Assembly: GCA_937864815.1 (NCBI GenBank)
Contig: CALMJY010000330.1
Location: 1-59,385, forward strand
Length of the DNA stretch: 59,385 nt
Reading direction: 5' to 3'
Source of the DNA: an uncultured Bacteroidota bacterium
GTDB lineage: Bacteria > Bacteroidota > Bacteroidia > Bacteroidales > VadinHA17
Shown: positions 21,340 through 30,828 of the stretch, piece by piece
How positions within the stretch are numbered: the first letter of the stretch is position 1
How the letters are laid out: every line of letters starts with the position of its first letter
The notes under the pieces: generated by a model
Databases searched by the model: none
What the model saw: the letters and a program-made list of their open reading frames with translations, nothing else
What the model was told of the DNA's origin: nothing
Made by a program: the position numbers and the translations under genes

Positions 21340-22329
21340 ATGGATACTGTTGTAAGTGGTATAAGGTCTACAGGGAACCTGCATCTGGGAAATTATTTCG
21401 GAGCAATTAAGAATTTCCTCAAAATGCAGAATGAAAATACCTGCTTCTTCTTTATTGCTGATTATCATGCCCTGACTACCCACCCCAAACCAGAGGACCT
21501 TCATGGAAATATAAAACAGGTGCTTGCTGAATATCTTGCCTGTGGAATAGATCCCGAAGTGGCAACAATTTTCGTCCAGAGTGATGTACCGGAAGTATCA
21601 GAATTATATCTTCTTCTCAACATGAATGCCTATGTCGGAGAACTTGAAAGGACTACCTCATTCAAGGAAAAGATCAGAAAGCAACCTGATAATATCAATG
21701 CCGGGTTGCTTACCTATCCGGTTCTCATGGCAGCCGATATTATTATCCACAAAGCCAACAAAGTACCTGTCGGTAAGGATCAGGAGCAGCATCTTGAGAT
21801 GACCCGCAGGTTTGCCAGAAGATTTAATATGATGTATGGAGTGAACTATTTTCCTGAGCCTGATGCATATAATTTCGGTAAGCAACTCCTCAAAATACCT
21901 GGTCTTGACGGTACCGGTAAGATGGGAAAAAGTGAAGGAAACGGGATCTTTCTGGCTGATACTCCACAGGAGATCAAGAAAAAGGTGATGAGAGCAGTAA
22001 CAGACACCGGACCTACTGCGCCCAATCAGGAACCATCAGAGCCTGTCAGGAACCTGTTCACAATAATGAACGTAGTGTCGGATCCTTCTACTGTTAAATA
22101 TTTCACAGAAAAATTTGCATCCTGCGAGATAAGATACGGGGATATGAAAAAGCAGCTTGCAGAAGACATTATCAAGTTCGCCGAGCCTGTGAGGATAAGA
22201 ATTCATGATATTCTTGCCGATAAAAAATACCTTCATAAAGTGGTTTCCAGAGGTGCTGAAAAAGCCAGGGAAAGTGCTTCAAAAACTGTTCGTGAGGTAA
22301 GGGAGATAATCGGTTATAAACCTTTCTGA
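21340..22329 (+). CDS. trpS: Tryptophan--tRNA ligase
   Basis: TGNLHLGN, YPVLMAADI, VPVGKDQEQH, KMGKS. Confidence 0.97.
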   Translation: MDTVVSGIRSTGNLHLGNYFGAIKNFLKMQNENTCFFFIADYHALTTHPKPEDLHGNIKQVLAEYLACGIDPEVATIFVQSDVPEVSELYLLLNMNAYVGELERTTSFKEKIRKQPDNINAGLLTYPVLMAADIIIHKANKVPVGKDQEQHLEMTRRFARRFNMMYGVNYFPEPDAYNFGKQLLKIPGLDGTGKMGKSEGNGIFLADTPQEIKKKVMRAVTDTGPTAPNQEPSEPVRNLFTIMNVVSDPSTVKYFTEKFASCEIRYGDMKKQLAEDIIKFAEPVRIRIHDILADKKYLHKVVSRGAEKARESASKTVREVREIIGYKPF

Positions 22330-22358
22330 AAAATGAAAGCCAGGCTTGGGACCTGGCT
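22329..22358 (-). terminator. Intrinsic terminator on minus strand
   Basis: AGCCAGG-TCCCAAG-CCTGGCT followed by TTCATTTTT on the - strand; no U-tract on the + strand. Confidence 0.6.
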
Positions 22359-22398
22359 GCCCTGAGGGGATCAGGGATATGATTGGGATTGCCTTGTA
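22329..22398 (-). ncRNA. Candidate ~70 nt small RNA
   Basis: Lies between a sigma54-like promoter and a terminator; two hairpins and four UCCC motifs. Confidence 0.45.
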
Positions 22399-22408
22399 AC
22401 AATAATAT

Positions 22409-22425
22409 TTCAAATAGTGTGCCAA
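22409..22425 (-). promoter_or_regulatory. Sigma54-like -24/-12 promoter
   Basis: TTGGCAC-ACTAT-TTGAA: perfect -24 box, exact GG-N10-G spacing, GA in place of GC at -12. Confidence 0.55.
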
Positions 22426-22452
22426 AAATCAGCGGGAGCTCTTAAAATATTG

Positions 22453-22849
22453 TTAAATAATAACTCTCAGTGATATAATAAAGTTTCTACCGGGAGCAAC
22501 TATCCCTGAAAAATCCTTTGATAATCCTATATCGGCATTATATGTGTATTCCGGTTCCAGATCAGGGTTTGATACTACAACTACTCCGGGGGAAGGATCA
22601 AACATCTTCCCCACATTGTCAATATCAGGGGCCATGAACCCTGTTGACAGGTTGGTATTCAGCTGAAGCTTTTCACTCAGTTTCATTACCAGACCTGCTG
22701 GTACAGGCAAATTTTGTATTTATTTCGCTAATTATTGCAACATCTGCGACCGGATTCTGGTCTTCTTTATCTATAACCTTTATTATCTGGCCATGGGCAA
22801 AAATTAAAGGCTGAATAAGCAATATAGTTAGTAGAAACCCTGTTTTCAT
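22453..22849 (-). pseudogene. Collapsed TonB-dependent receptor remnant
   Basis: 22849-22673 encodes a signal peptide plus N-terminal segment (MKTGFLLTILLIQPLIFAHGQIIKVIDKEDQNPVADVAI). Another frame gives the barrel motifs NLSTGF.APDID and NPDLEPEYTYNADIG, then the C-terminal SGIVAPGRNFIISLRV. Confidence 0.75.
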
Positions 22850-22873
22850 TTATTATGCTCAGAGAATATTGAA

Positions 22874-22881
22874 CAAATCTA
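22874..22881 (-). promoter_or_regulatory. -7 promoter element of the TonB receptor remnant
   Basis: TAGATTTG, 24 nt before ATG 22849. Confidence 0.5.
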
Positions 22882-22912
22882 ACAATTATGATGATCTTTG
22901 ATTGATTCTTTA

Positions 22913-25585
22913 ATGGGAAAACGATTTGCGATATTATTACTTTGCATCCTGTTAACAGCAATAGCTGTTATGGGTTATCTCTTTTTCCAGTCGAGAAGAA
23001 CCCTGTTAACCGACCCTTACAAGGCAATAGGAACAGATGCCTGCCTGGTTATTGAAACTGCAGATCTTAAAAGCTTTATGAACTCAATTACCAGTGGCCA
23101 GGGTTTATTCGGGGAGCTTAGTAATATTAAGGAGCTAAAAAGGTTTAATACTAAAATTAAGTTTTTGGCAGATCAGTTCAACAAACCTGAGTTTAAACAA
23201 ATAATTGATGAGGAAACCGTTTTAATATCTTTTCATCCCGATGAAAGTAACAGGCTGCATCCTTTAATGACGGCTTCAGTATCAGGCAGTATTAGAGAAA
23301 GGCATATCATTGAATTTCTGAAGGTCTCAGGTGTTAATGGATCTGTTAAGGGTAAGGATAATTTACCCGGGGTACTGAAAGCTCCGTTCCGGGTCAATGA
23401 ACAGACCGATACTGTATATATAAGGCTCCTGTCCGGGCTGATATTGTGCAGCACATCTCCCGATCTGATATCAGTCGCAGCAGGCACAATATCGTCAGGC
23501 TCGGATATCAGAAGCCTGAAAGGATTCTCAAGGGTATTTATGGCTTCAGGAAAAAAGGAAGATAAGGTTTTTGTAGTATTCAGGAACCTTGAACCAATAT
23601 TGGGATCGATCTATTCCAAAGAAGGAAGGTACATAGCTGAAAAAATCACAAAACTGGCTGATGTTGCTGCAGGAGATATTTACATAAGTGAAAGCGGGCT
23701 TATCCTGAACGGTTATACTGAAAGCCTGGAGCAGCATCAGATTCTGGGTAGATATAAGAGTGTTACACCAGAAGAATTCAAAACATATAAGCTTTTGCCT
23801 TCATCAACTATATTTTTTGAGACAACAATACGACCTTTGTCAGACATAAGAATTAAACCTGAGAACCGCGGTACTGGGAATATGCCGGCCTTTTACGAAA
23901 AATTCAGGTCATATCTGGGAAATGAAATTTCCAGAGTCCTTATCGATTTACGCGGACGTCCCATGAAAGATAACTCGCTTATTATATATGAATTATCTGA
24001 CAGGTCGCTTGCAGAACAGTTGTTTGGGAGTGAATCGGGCATAGCAACAGAAATACTCCGTTTCACACCAGACGATGTCACAAATATTCCTGTTTATGAA
24101 ACAGATCTGACAGGTCTGTGTGAGACTATAAATCCGGGATTTGCATCTGGTATACAAGAAACATATGCTGCATTTTTTGATAATTTCATGATTACCGGCA
24201 GTTCATATGCAACCATATCACGATTTCTATATGATAACTTATTGAACAAGACTCTTGCCAATGATCTGCTTTACAGGGAATTTGAGAGTACACTTCCAAG
24301 CCGTTCAGGTTACTACTTCTATTGTATACCTTCAAGGATAATTGATTTTCTGGCCCTGTTCATTAATGAAGATCTTGTAAATGCCCTCAGGTCTAACAGG
24401 AATTCCCTGAACAAGATTCAGGCAATAGGATATCAGCTGGCATCAAGCAATGATATGATATACAACAGTATTTCTGTTGGTTTCAGGGAAAAGGAAAGGG
24501 AAGAGTCAACAACTGAATGGGAAACATTGCTTGATACACTTGCTGCTATAAAACCATTCTTCTTTACAAATCATACCACCGGTGCAAAAGAGATCTTCAT
24601 CCAGGATCTTAATAACAATACCTATCTTATCAATACTGCCGGCAGAGTTCTCTGGAAGGTGCCGGTTCGGGAAAGAATTACAGGTACGGTTTATATGGTG
24701 GATTATTTCCGGAACGGTAAGTATCAGTTATTGTTCTCAGGGAAGAATTTTCTTCATATTCTTGATCGTAATGGAAATTATGTTGAAAGGTATCCTGTGA
24801 AACTCAGATCTCCGTCAACCAATTCACTTGCATTATTCGATTATGACAACAACCGCAACTACCGACTTTTCTTAGCCGGCGAAGATAAACAGATCTATTC
24901 CTATGATATAGAAGGAAATACTGTAAAAGGATGGAAGTCTTTCAAGACTGCAGGGATTGTTCAGACAGATATTTCATATTTCAGAATCTCCGGAAAGGAT
25001 TATCTTGTTGCTTCAGATGAATCATCAGTTTACTTCCTCGACAGAACAGGTAGCAGAAGGCTTAACCTTAAGGACCCGGTAACACGTGCAAAAGGATCAG
25101 CCATGAGACTGAATCCCGGTTCAGATCCTTCAATTGTCTGCTCTGCACCGGACGGAATGGTTCAGCATATATATTTTGACGGAAGCGTTAAGAAATTCGC
25201 CCTGAAAACCTTAACCATTGACCATTCATTCGAATTTTTTGACGTAGATGCAGATGGTTTTGGTGAATACATTTTTATTGATAATGGTATATTGTATCTT
25301 TATGACCATGACAGATCGGAGATTTTTAGCCGCAATTTTGAAACAGATGAGGCAGGAGGACCGATCAGTTTTATTTTCTCGTCATCGGACAGAAAAATAG
25401 GGGTTTATGACAGTAAAAAGAAACTTATATACCTTTTGGAAAAGAACGGAGAAACAACCAGAGGATTTCCTCTGAGAGGTGCATCAATGTTTTCAATAGG
25501 TAAGTTATCAGACAAGAGTAGCTGGCATCTCATTGTCGGAGGTACAGACAGGTTTCTTTATAATTACAGATTAGAAACAGATTAA
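22913..25585 (+). CDS. Membrane-anchored DUF3352-like protein with C-terminal beta-propeller
   Basis: N-terminal TM helix; FG-GAP-like loops DYFRNGKY, DYDNNRNY, DVDADGFGE; repeated G..(G/R)(W/F/Y)P-type blades. ATG 22913 preferred over TTG 22898. Confidence 0.6.
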   Translation: MGKRFAILLLCILLTAIAVMGYLFFQSRRTLLTDPYKAIGTDACLVIETADLKSFMNSITSGQGLFGELSNIKELKRFNTKIKFLADQFNKPEFKQIIDEETVLISFHPDESNRLHPLMTASVSGSIRERHIIEFLKVSGVNGSVKGKDNLPGVLKAPFRVNEQTDTVYIRLLSGLILCSTSPDLISVAAGTISSGSDIRSLKGFSRVFMASGKKEDKVFVVFRNLEPILGSIYSKEGRYIAEKITKLADVAAGDIYISESGLILNGYTESLEQHQILGRYKSVTPEEFKTYKLLPSSTIFFETTIRPLSDIRIKPENRGTGNMPAFYEKFRSYLGNEISRVLIDLRGRPMKDNSLIIYELSDRSLAEQLFGSESGIATEILRFTPDDVTNIPVYETDLTGLCETINPGFASGIQETYAAFFDNFMITGSSYATISRFLYDNLLNKTLANDLLYREFESTLPSRSGYYFYCIPSRIIDFLALFINEDLVNALRSNRNSLNKIQAIGYQLASSNDMIYNSISVGFREKEREESTTEWETLLDTLAAIKPFFFTNHTTGAKEIFIQDLNNNTYLINTAGRVLWKVPVRERITGTVYMVDYFRNGKYQLLFSGKNFLHILDRNGNYVERYPVKLRSPSTNSLALFDYDNNRNYRLFLAGEDKQIYSYDIEGNTVKGWKSFKTAGIVQTDISYFRISGKDYLVASDESSVYFLDRTGSRRLNLKDPVTRAKGSAMRLNPGSDPSIVCSAPDGMVQHIYFDGSVKKFALKTLTIDHSFEFFDVDADGFGEYIFIDNGILYLYDHDRSEIFSRNFETDEAGGPISFIFSSSDRKIGVYDSKKKLIYLLEKNGETTRGFPLRGASMFSIGKLSDKSSWHLIVGGTDRFLYNYRLETD

Positions 25586-25597
25586 ATTTTTGAGAGT

Positions 25598-27703
25598 ATG
25601 ACATGCAGGTTGAAAATATATATTTTGTTATTACTGGCAGTATCATTCACCGGCTGCATCAAGGATACCTATGATATGAGCAAACTGTCGGATGAGATGC
25701 ATCTTTCACCAACTTTTGCTATTGCCGGGATTAAAGGTGAAGTATCATTCAGTGACCTTGTAAAATCGGGTGATACAGTGATTTTTGATCAGGACAATTT
25801 TGTAAGGGTGGTATTCAAGCAGGATTCGGTTATTAATATTCAGCTATCTGATTTGTATGATCTTGATAATATGGTTTCCTTCAGCAAGTCCTATGAACTG
25901 GGAGTCTTATCTATAGGATCCATTCAGGGATCATTGAATCTGACACTAAATCAGATTACTCAGAGTATGTCTACAGCACTGAGGAATCAGATCAGGGCCC
26001 TGGATGATGGCAAAACACACCTTTTTCCACCTTTCCCGCAGGTAAATCTTGGAGAACGCTCACTGAGTGCTTTTCAGAATTTTGATAATGCAGTATTCAA
26101 ATCAGGATACCTCGACGTTACAGTCACAAATAACCTGACAACTCCGTTATCTGGTGTTAACATAAACCTGCTTAACAGTGCAGATCGTTCAGCAATTGGT
26201 TCAGTTGCAATTCCGACAGTTCAGCCGGGTCAGACACAAACATCTTCGCTTGATTTAACAGACAAAAAACTAACAAACACTGTTATAGCTGCCATAGTTC
26301 TTACAGGAAGTTCAGGCACTTCAACCCCGGTAACTATAAGTCTGAATAATAGTTCCATTTCGGTTACTGCCAGGGGCAGGGATCTTAAGATAAAATCGGG
26401 GAAAATTCTTATACCCACACAGCAGATAGCTTCTCTCGATAATATAGATACAATTTCCTTTGATCCCGGATTTGGCATTGAGCTTGATGAAGTAAAAATT
26501 ACCACCGGGAGTCTTTCATATACTATCAATGCCGGAACATTACTTTCTGCATCCATTAATCTGAAATTACCCAAAGTTATCAGGAATAATTCTGCTGTAA
26601 CTCATACTATTAATACCGGTTCAGGAACACAGTATAAGGGGAAAATAGATTTCAAAGGCACTTTAATTGACCTTGGCAGTGATATTACTCAACCCTATAA
26701 CAGGATCCCACTCGAATATTCAATTTCTGTCGGATCAAACGGCTTACTTGTCAATTACAACAGTACTGATAAAATTGACATTGACATGACTCTCGAAAAA
26801 CCTGAATTTGACTATGTTAAGGGCTTTTTTGGACAGGAATCAGAGTCTATCGAACCGGATACTCTTGATCTTGATATTGACGATATCCTGAACAGGATTA
26901 CCGGGACATTTCTGATCTCAAGTCCGTCAATCAGGCTTAAATATTCAAATTCATTTGCAATACCTATTAAAATTGATTTCCAGGCTATGGGCAAAAGAGG
27001 TACAGAAACCGTAAATCTGGGCCTTGATCCGATAGCAATTGCTTCACCTCAATATCCGGTCAGGGATGTTTCATCTTCGATTGTAATTGATAAAAATAAT
27101 TCTGATTTGCCGGAGCTTATCTCACTTCCTCCGGGGAAACTCATTTTTTCAGGGAGTGCCAACATGAATCCCGGAGGGAACAATGGGCAAAGGGATAATT
27201 ATGTATTTGGGAACAGTCGTTTTCTGGGTTCTGCTGAGGTGGAGATTCCATTGGAATTCAGGATGAACAATCTGCAATTTTCAGATACCATTGATAATTT
27301 CCTCAAGGTTGATGATGAGAATAGTCCCATCAAACCTGAAAATTTCAAAACTCTTGAGCTTAACCTTACTGCCAATAACGGGTTCCCTCTTGGTGTTGCA
27401 GTAAAAATGAGTCTCTATGATAGCGGATCAAATAGAGTACTCAGAACTATAAATGCTTCCGCTTTACTTGGTGCAGCAAAAGTTGATACAAATACAGGAA
27501 AAGTGATTGAAAGTAAGGAAACAACAACAAACCTTAAACTGACAAAAGAGTTTTTTGACGATATCCGGAATGCTGATCAGATAATAATCTTGTTTGCATT
27601 GAATACTTCCAATGACGGATCGGTGGATGTTAAGATTTATTCAGATTACTCGATAAAGTTTAAATCTTCTCTTTTATTCAGGCCGGAGATAATTTTTAAT
27701 TGA
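25598..27703 (+). CDS. Large uncharacterised lipoprotein, tandem beta-rich repeats
   Basis: Lipobox FTGC followed by IKDTYD; Ser/Thr/Ile-rich all-beta pattern. Confidence 0.7.
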   Translation: MTCRLKIYILLLLAVSFTGCIKDTYDMSKLSDEMHLSPTFAIAGIKGEVSFSDLVKSGDTVIFDQDNFVRVVFKQDSVINIQLSDLYDLDNMVSFSKSYELGVLSIGSIQGSLNLTLNQITQSMSTALRNQIRALDDGKTHLFPPFPQVNLGERSLSAFQNFDNAVFKSGYLDVTVTNNLTTPLSGVNINLLNSADRSAIGSVAIPTVQPGQTQTSSLDLTDKKLTNTVIAAIVLTGSSGTSTPVTISLNNSSISVTARGRDLKIKSGKILIPTQQIASLDNIDTISFDPGFGIELDEVKITTGSLSYTINAGTLLSASINLKLPKVIRNNSAVTHTINTGSGTQYKGKIDFKGTLIDLGSDITQPYNRIPLEYSISVGSNGLLVNYNSTDKIDIDMTLEKPEFDYVKGFFGQESESIEPDTLDLDIDDILNRITGTFLISSPSIRLKYSNSFAIPIKIDFQAMGKRGTETVNLGLDPIAIASPQYPVRDVSSSIVIDKNNSDLPELISLPPGKLIFSGSANMNPGGNNGQRDNYVFGNSRFLGSAEVEIPLEFRMNNLQFSDTIDNFLKVDDENSPIKPENFKTLELNLTANNGFPLGVAVKMSLYDSGSNRVLRTINASALLGAAKVDTNTGKVIESKETTTNLKLTKEFFDDIRNADQIIILFALNTSNDGSVDVKIYSDYSIKFKSSLLFRPEIIFN

Positions 27704-27722
27704 CCTCTTACTGTGTAAATAT

Positions 27723-29198
27723 ATGACCAACAGACTAAAATATCTTCTCTCAGCTTGCTTTACAATTATTTTAACCGGAGCAGCTGCTCAGACAAGCCAG
27801 ATTCTGTATTATATGAACCTGCCCCAGAATCACCTGATGAATCCGGCCCTTCGTCCATCAAACTCGGCATATGTCGGATTACCTGTTATTTCAGGGATAT
27901 ATGCAGGATTGAATAATAATTTCATCAATTATTCAGATCTTTTTCACAAACGACCATCGTCAGATTCAGTCTATTCATTTTTGGATTCTGAAGAAGCAAC
28001 AGATGCGTTTCTGGAAAAACTTAACAAGAAAAATTCTATTTCACCACAGGTTACCCTTCCATTGCTGGGGATAGGATTTAAAGGAAATAATGGCTTTTAT
28101 TTCTTCCTTGATATAAATGAGCGTTTTGAAGCTAATTTTGTCCTCCCCGGTGATATCATAGAGCTGGCACTTAAAGGAAACGATTCATTTGTAGGGGATG
28201 AAATTGATCTTTCATCATTCAGGATGGATGTCAGGTATTACCGTGAGTTTGGATTCACCATTTCAAAGGAAATAACAAATAAGCTAAGAGTGGGTATCAG
28301 ACCCAAATTGCTGACAGGTATTTTTTCGACAAGATTTGAGAACAGGTCACTTGGGATTGATGTGAATGAGGATTACTCACATACAATAAATGCTGATTTC
28401 ACGGCAAATTTCAGTGGCCCTTTTAATGTTTATACAGATAATGATGGTAATCTCGATAGTCTGATTTTTGATGATGATTATTTTACAAGTTTCAATGCAT
28501 TTGCCAGTATAGAAAACAGGGGACTTGGACTTGATCTTGGAGCGACCTATAAGCTACTGAATGATAAAGTTATGGTTTCAGCTTCATTAACTGATCTGGG
28601 GTATGTCAGATGGAACCGTGATGTTACAAACCTTACAACCAAGGGGCAGTTCGTTTTTGATGGTCTGGATATGTCTGATATACCAGGGGGAGATGAGGAT
28701 TTCGCTGATGCAGGTGATGAATTACTTGATTCATTGAAAAATGCTTTTGAACTTACCCAGACATACAACCCTTATACAACATGGCTGCCTCCCGGTCTCA
28801 CACTCGGGGGAAGCTACAGCCTTAACAAGAACATTTCGTTCGGTGTATTGTCTTACAGCAGGTTTATTGGCAAGCAGGTAAGAGAATCACTGACATTATC
28901 AGCTAACTTAAATCTGAGCAACTCCCTGTCATTAAGCTTTGGATACAGCCTTCAGAATCACCGTGCCGATAATTTCGGAGCAGGACTTGCATTCAGAGCC
29001 GGTATTTTTCAGTTTTATTTTATTAGCGACAGGATCCCGGTATCATGGGATAAGCTTAAACTTGATGAATCATCGACAGTAGTTGTGCCTGCCAACTGGA
29101 ATACTTTTAACCTGAGGTTGGGAATGAATCTTACATTTGGCAATAAAGTAAGTAAAAAGGATGATAAGCCGATGATTCAGAATGAGCAAACTTTTTGA
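27723..29198 (+). CDS. DUF5723-like outer-membrane beta-barrel
   Basis: Signal peptide, NPALRP, GLGLDLGATYK, SASLTDLGYVRW, terminal strand FNLRLGMNLTFG. Confidence 0.7.
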   Translation: MTNRLKYLLSACFTIILTGAAAQTSQILYYMNLPQNHLMNPALRPSNSAYVGLPVISGIYAGLNNNFINYSDLFHKRPSSDSVYSFLDSEEATDAFLEKLNKKNSISPQVTLPLLGIGFKGNNGFYFFLDINERFEANFVLPGDIIELALKGNDSFVGDEIDLSSFRMDVRYYREFGFTISKEITNKLRVGIRPKLLTGIFSTRFENRSLGIDVNEDYSHTINADFTANFSGPFNVYTDNDGNLDSLIFDDDYFTSFNAFASIENRGLGLDLGATYKLLNDKVMVSASLTDLGYVRWNRDVTNLTTKGQFVFDGLDMSDIPGGDEDFADAGDELLDSLKNAFELTQTYNPYTTWLPPGLTLGGSYSLNKNISFGVLSYSRFIGKQVRESLTLSANLNLSNSLSLSFGYSLQNHRADNFGAGLAFRAGIFQFYFISDRIPVSWDKLKLDESSTVVVPANWNTFNLRLGMNLTFGNKVSKKDDKPMIQNEQTF

Positions 29199-29204
29199 GG
29201 GTGA

Positions 29205-29960
29205 TCATCCTGCAACTGCACGGATCTTTTTTGCAAGAGAGTTTGCAAAAACGAAATCGTTAAGAGGCTTGCAGTCTGAATTCAGGATGTCATGTTTGCT
29301 GCCTTCCCAGCATTTTCTCCCTTCGCTGATGAAAACAATTTTTTCACCAATCTCCATAACAGAATTCATATCATGGGTATTGACAATTGTTGTCATGGAA
29401 TACTCTTCTGTAAGCTCCTGAATGAGATCATCTATCAGGATTGCGGTTACAGGATCAAGTCCTGAATTGGGCTCATCGCAGAAAAGATATTTAGGATTGA
29501 GGGCAATGGCCCGGGCTATAGCCACTCTTTTTTTCATTCCTCCTGACAGTTCGGCAGGATACAGATTATTTGCATTAATTATATTAACCCTGTTAAGACA
29601 GAAATTTACCCTGTCAGTCTTTTCCGCCGGGCTTTTATCGGTAAACATGTCAAGGGGAAATTGTACATTCTGTTCCACCGTCAGGGAGTCGAACAAGGCA
29701 CTGCCCTGAAACAACATGCCGATCTCACTTCTGATCTTTTTCTTTTCGGAAAATTCAAGCTTGTTGAAAATGGTATCTTCATACCATATCTCGCCGCTGT
29801 CAATATTATGCAGACCAACTATTGATTTCAGCAGAACTGTTTTACCTGATCCGCTCTGACCTATGATAAGATTTGTCTTTCCTGTTTCAAATTCTACAGT
29901 GATGTCTGTCAGGACATTCTTATCATGGAATGATTTATTCAGGTTTTTAACACTTATCAT
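29205..29960 (-). CDS. mlaF: MlaF/Mkl-type ABC ATP-binding protein
   Basis: GQSGSGKT, FQGSALFDSLTV, ELSGGMKKRVAIARA, DEPNSGLDP. Confidence 0.8.
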   Translation of the reverse strand: MISVKNLNKSFHDKNVLTDITVEFETGKTNLIIGQSGSGKTVLLKSIVGLHNIDSGEIWYEDTIFNKLEFSEKKKIRSEIGMLFQGSALFDSLTVEQNVQFPLDMFTDKSPAEKTDRVNFCLNRVNIINANNLYPAELSGGMKKRVAIARAIALNPKYLFCDEPNSGLDPVTAILIDDLIQELTEEYSMTTIVNTHDMNSVMEIGEKIVFISEGRKCWEGSKHDILNSDCKPLNDFVFANSLAKKIRAVAG

Positions 29961-30706
29961 GATGTAAGGAGGAGTTGAGTCAGAATAACATTAAAGAGCA
30001 GTATGAGCACACTACTGTAAACAACTGCCTTGGTGCTTGACCTTCCTACTTCAAGAGATCCGCCTGAGACATAATATCCCTGGAAGGATGAAACACTCGT
30101 TATAATAAATGCAAAGAATAAAGTTTTAATAAGTGAATAGGTTATGTAATATGGAATGAATGCATATTGAATCCCGTAAATAAAGTTCTCAGAAGTGATT
30201 ACTCCGGAAAGTGTTCCCGCCACCCATCCTCCGAAAATACCCACACAAATTGACAACATTGTAAGAACAGGATTGAAAAGAAGGGTTGCTATAATTTTTG
30301 GAAGAACAAGGTATGATGCTGAGTTAATTCCCATAATCTCAAGAGCATCAATTTGTTCAGTAACTCTCATGGTTCCGATTTCAGATGCGATATTTGATCC
30401 CATTTTGCCGGCGAGTATCAGTGCTGCCACAGTAGATGAGAATTCAAGTATTATCGAATCGCGGCAACCTAAGCCAATCAGGTATTTGGGATAAATAGGA
30501 TTCTCAGTGTTGTATGCCGTCTGAAGGGTTATTACCGCTCCCATGAAAAAGGAAATGATAGAGATGATCCCAATTGAAGTCAGACCCAGGGAAACAAACT
30601 CATGCATAGTCTGTTTATAATAGACCGAAGCTTTTTCTGGCTTTGAGAATACCTTTTTCAGAAAAAGTACATAGAGGCCAACCTGATTCAGTAAAAAGCG
30701 TATCAT
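29957..30706 (-). CDS. mlaE: MlaE-family permease
   Basis: GSNIASEIGTMRVTEQIDALEIMG, VGRSSTKAVV. Confidence 0.85.
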   Translation of the reverse strand: MIRFLLNQVGLYVLFLKKVFSKPEKASVYYKQTMHEFVSLGLTSIGIISIISFFMGAVITLQTAYNTENPIYPKYLIGLGCRDSIILEFSSTVAALILAGKMGSNIASEIGTMRVTEQIDALEIMGINSASYLVLPKIIATLLFNPVLTMLSICVGIFGGWVAGTLSGVITSENFIYGIQYAFIPYYITYSLIKTLFFAFIITSVSSFQGYYVSGGSLEVGRSSTKAVVYSSVLILLFNVILTQLLLTS

Positions 30707-30724
30707 TCACGTTTTATTGAATTT

Positions 30725-30802
30725 CAAAATTACTAATAATTGTCAGATTTACCCTCTGCTGATTTTTGAAATCTGCCGGCATCATTATTAATTATATATT
30801 TG
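30725..30802. promoter_or_regulatory. Divergent -7 elements for mlaEF (-) and manC (+)
   Basis: TAATTTTG on - at 30725-30732; TATATTTG on + at 30795-30802. Confidence 0.6.
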
Positions 30803-30828
30803 CACATTACTCAGGAAGAAGATTTCTT

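Noticed and set aside
22172-22402. 76-aa minus-strand ORF covering the candidate sRNA
   Set aside because: TTG start at or upstream of the predicted transcription start, runs through a terminator and antisense into trpS, and has no protein-like features.
22767-22961. 64-aa minus-strand ORF in the track
   Set aside because: Wrong frame. The meaningful frame is the signal-peptide ORF starting at 22849, and this ORF overlaps the next gene's start.
30766-30828. N-terminal extension of manC
   Set aside because: Contains the -7 promoter box; family similarity begins at Met 30829.
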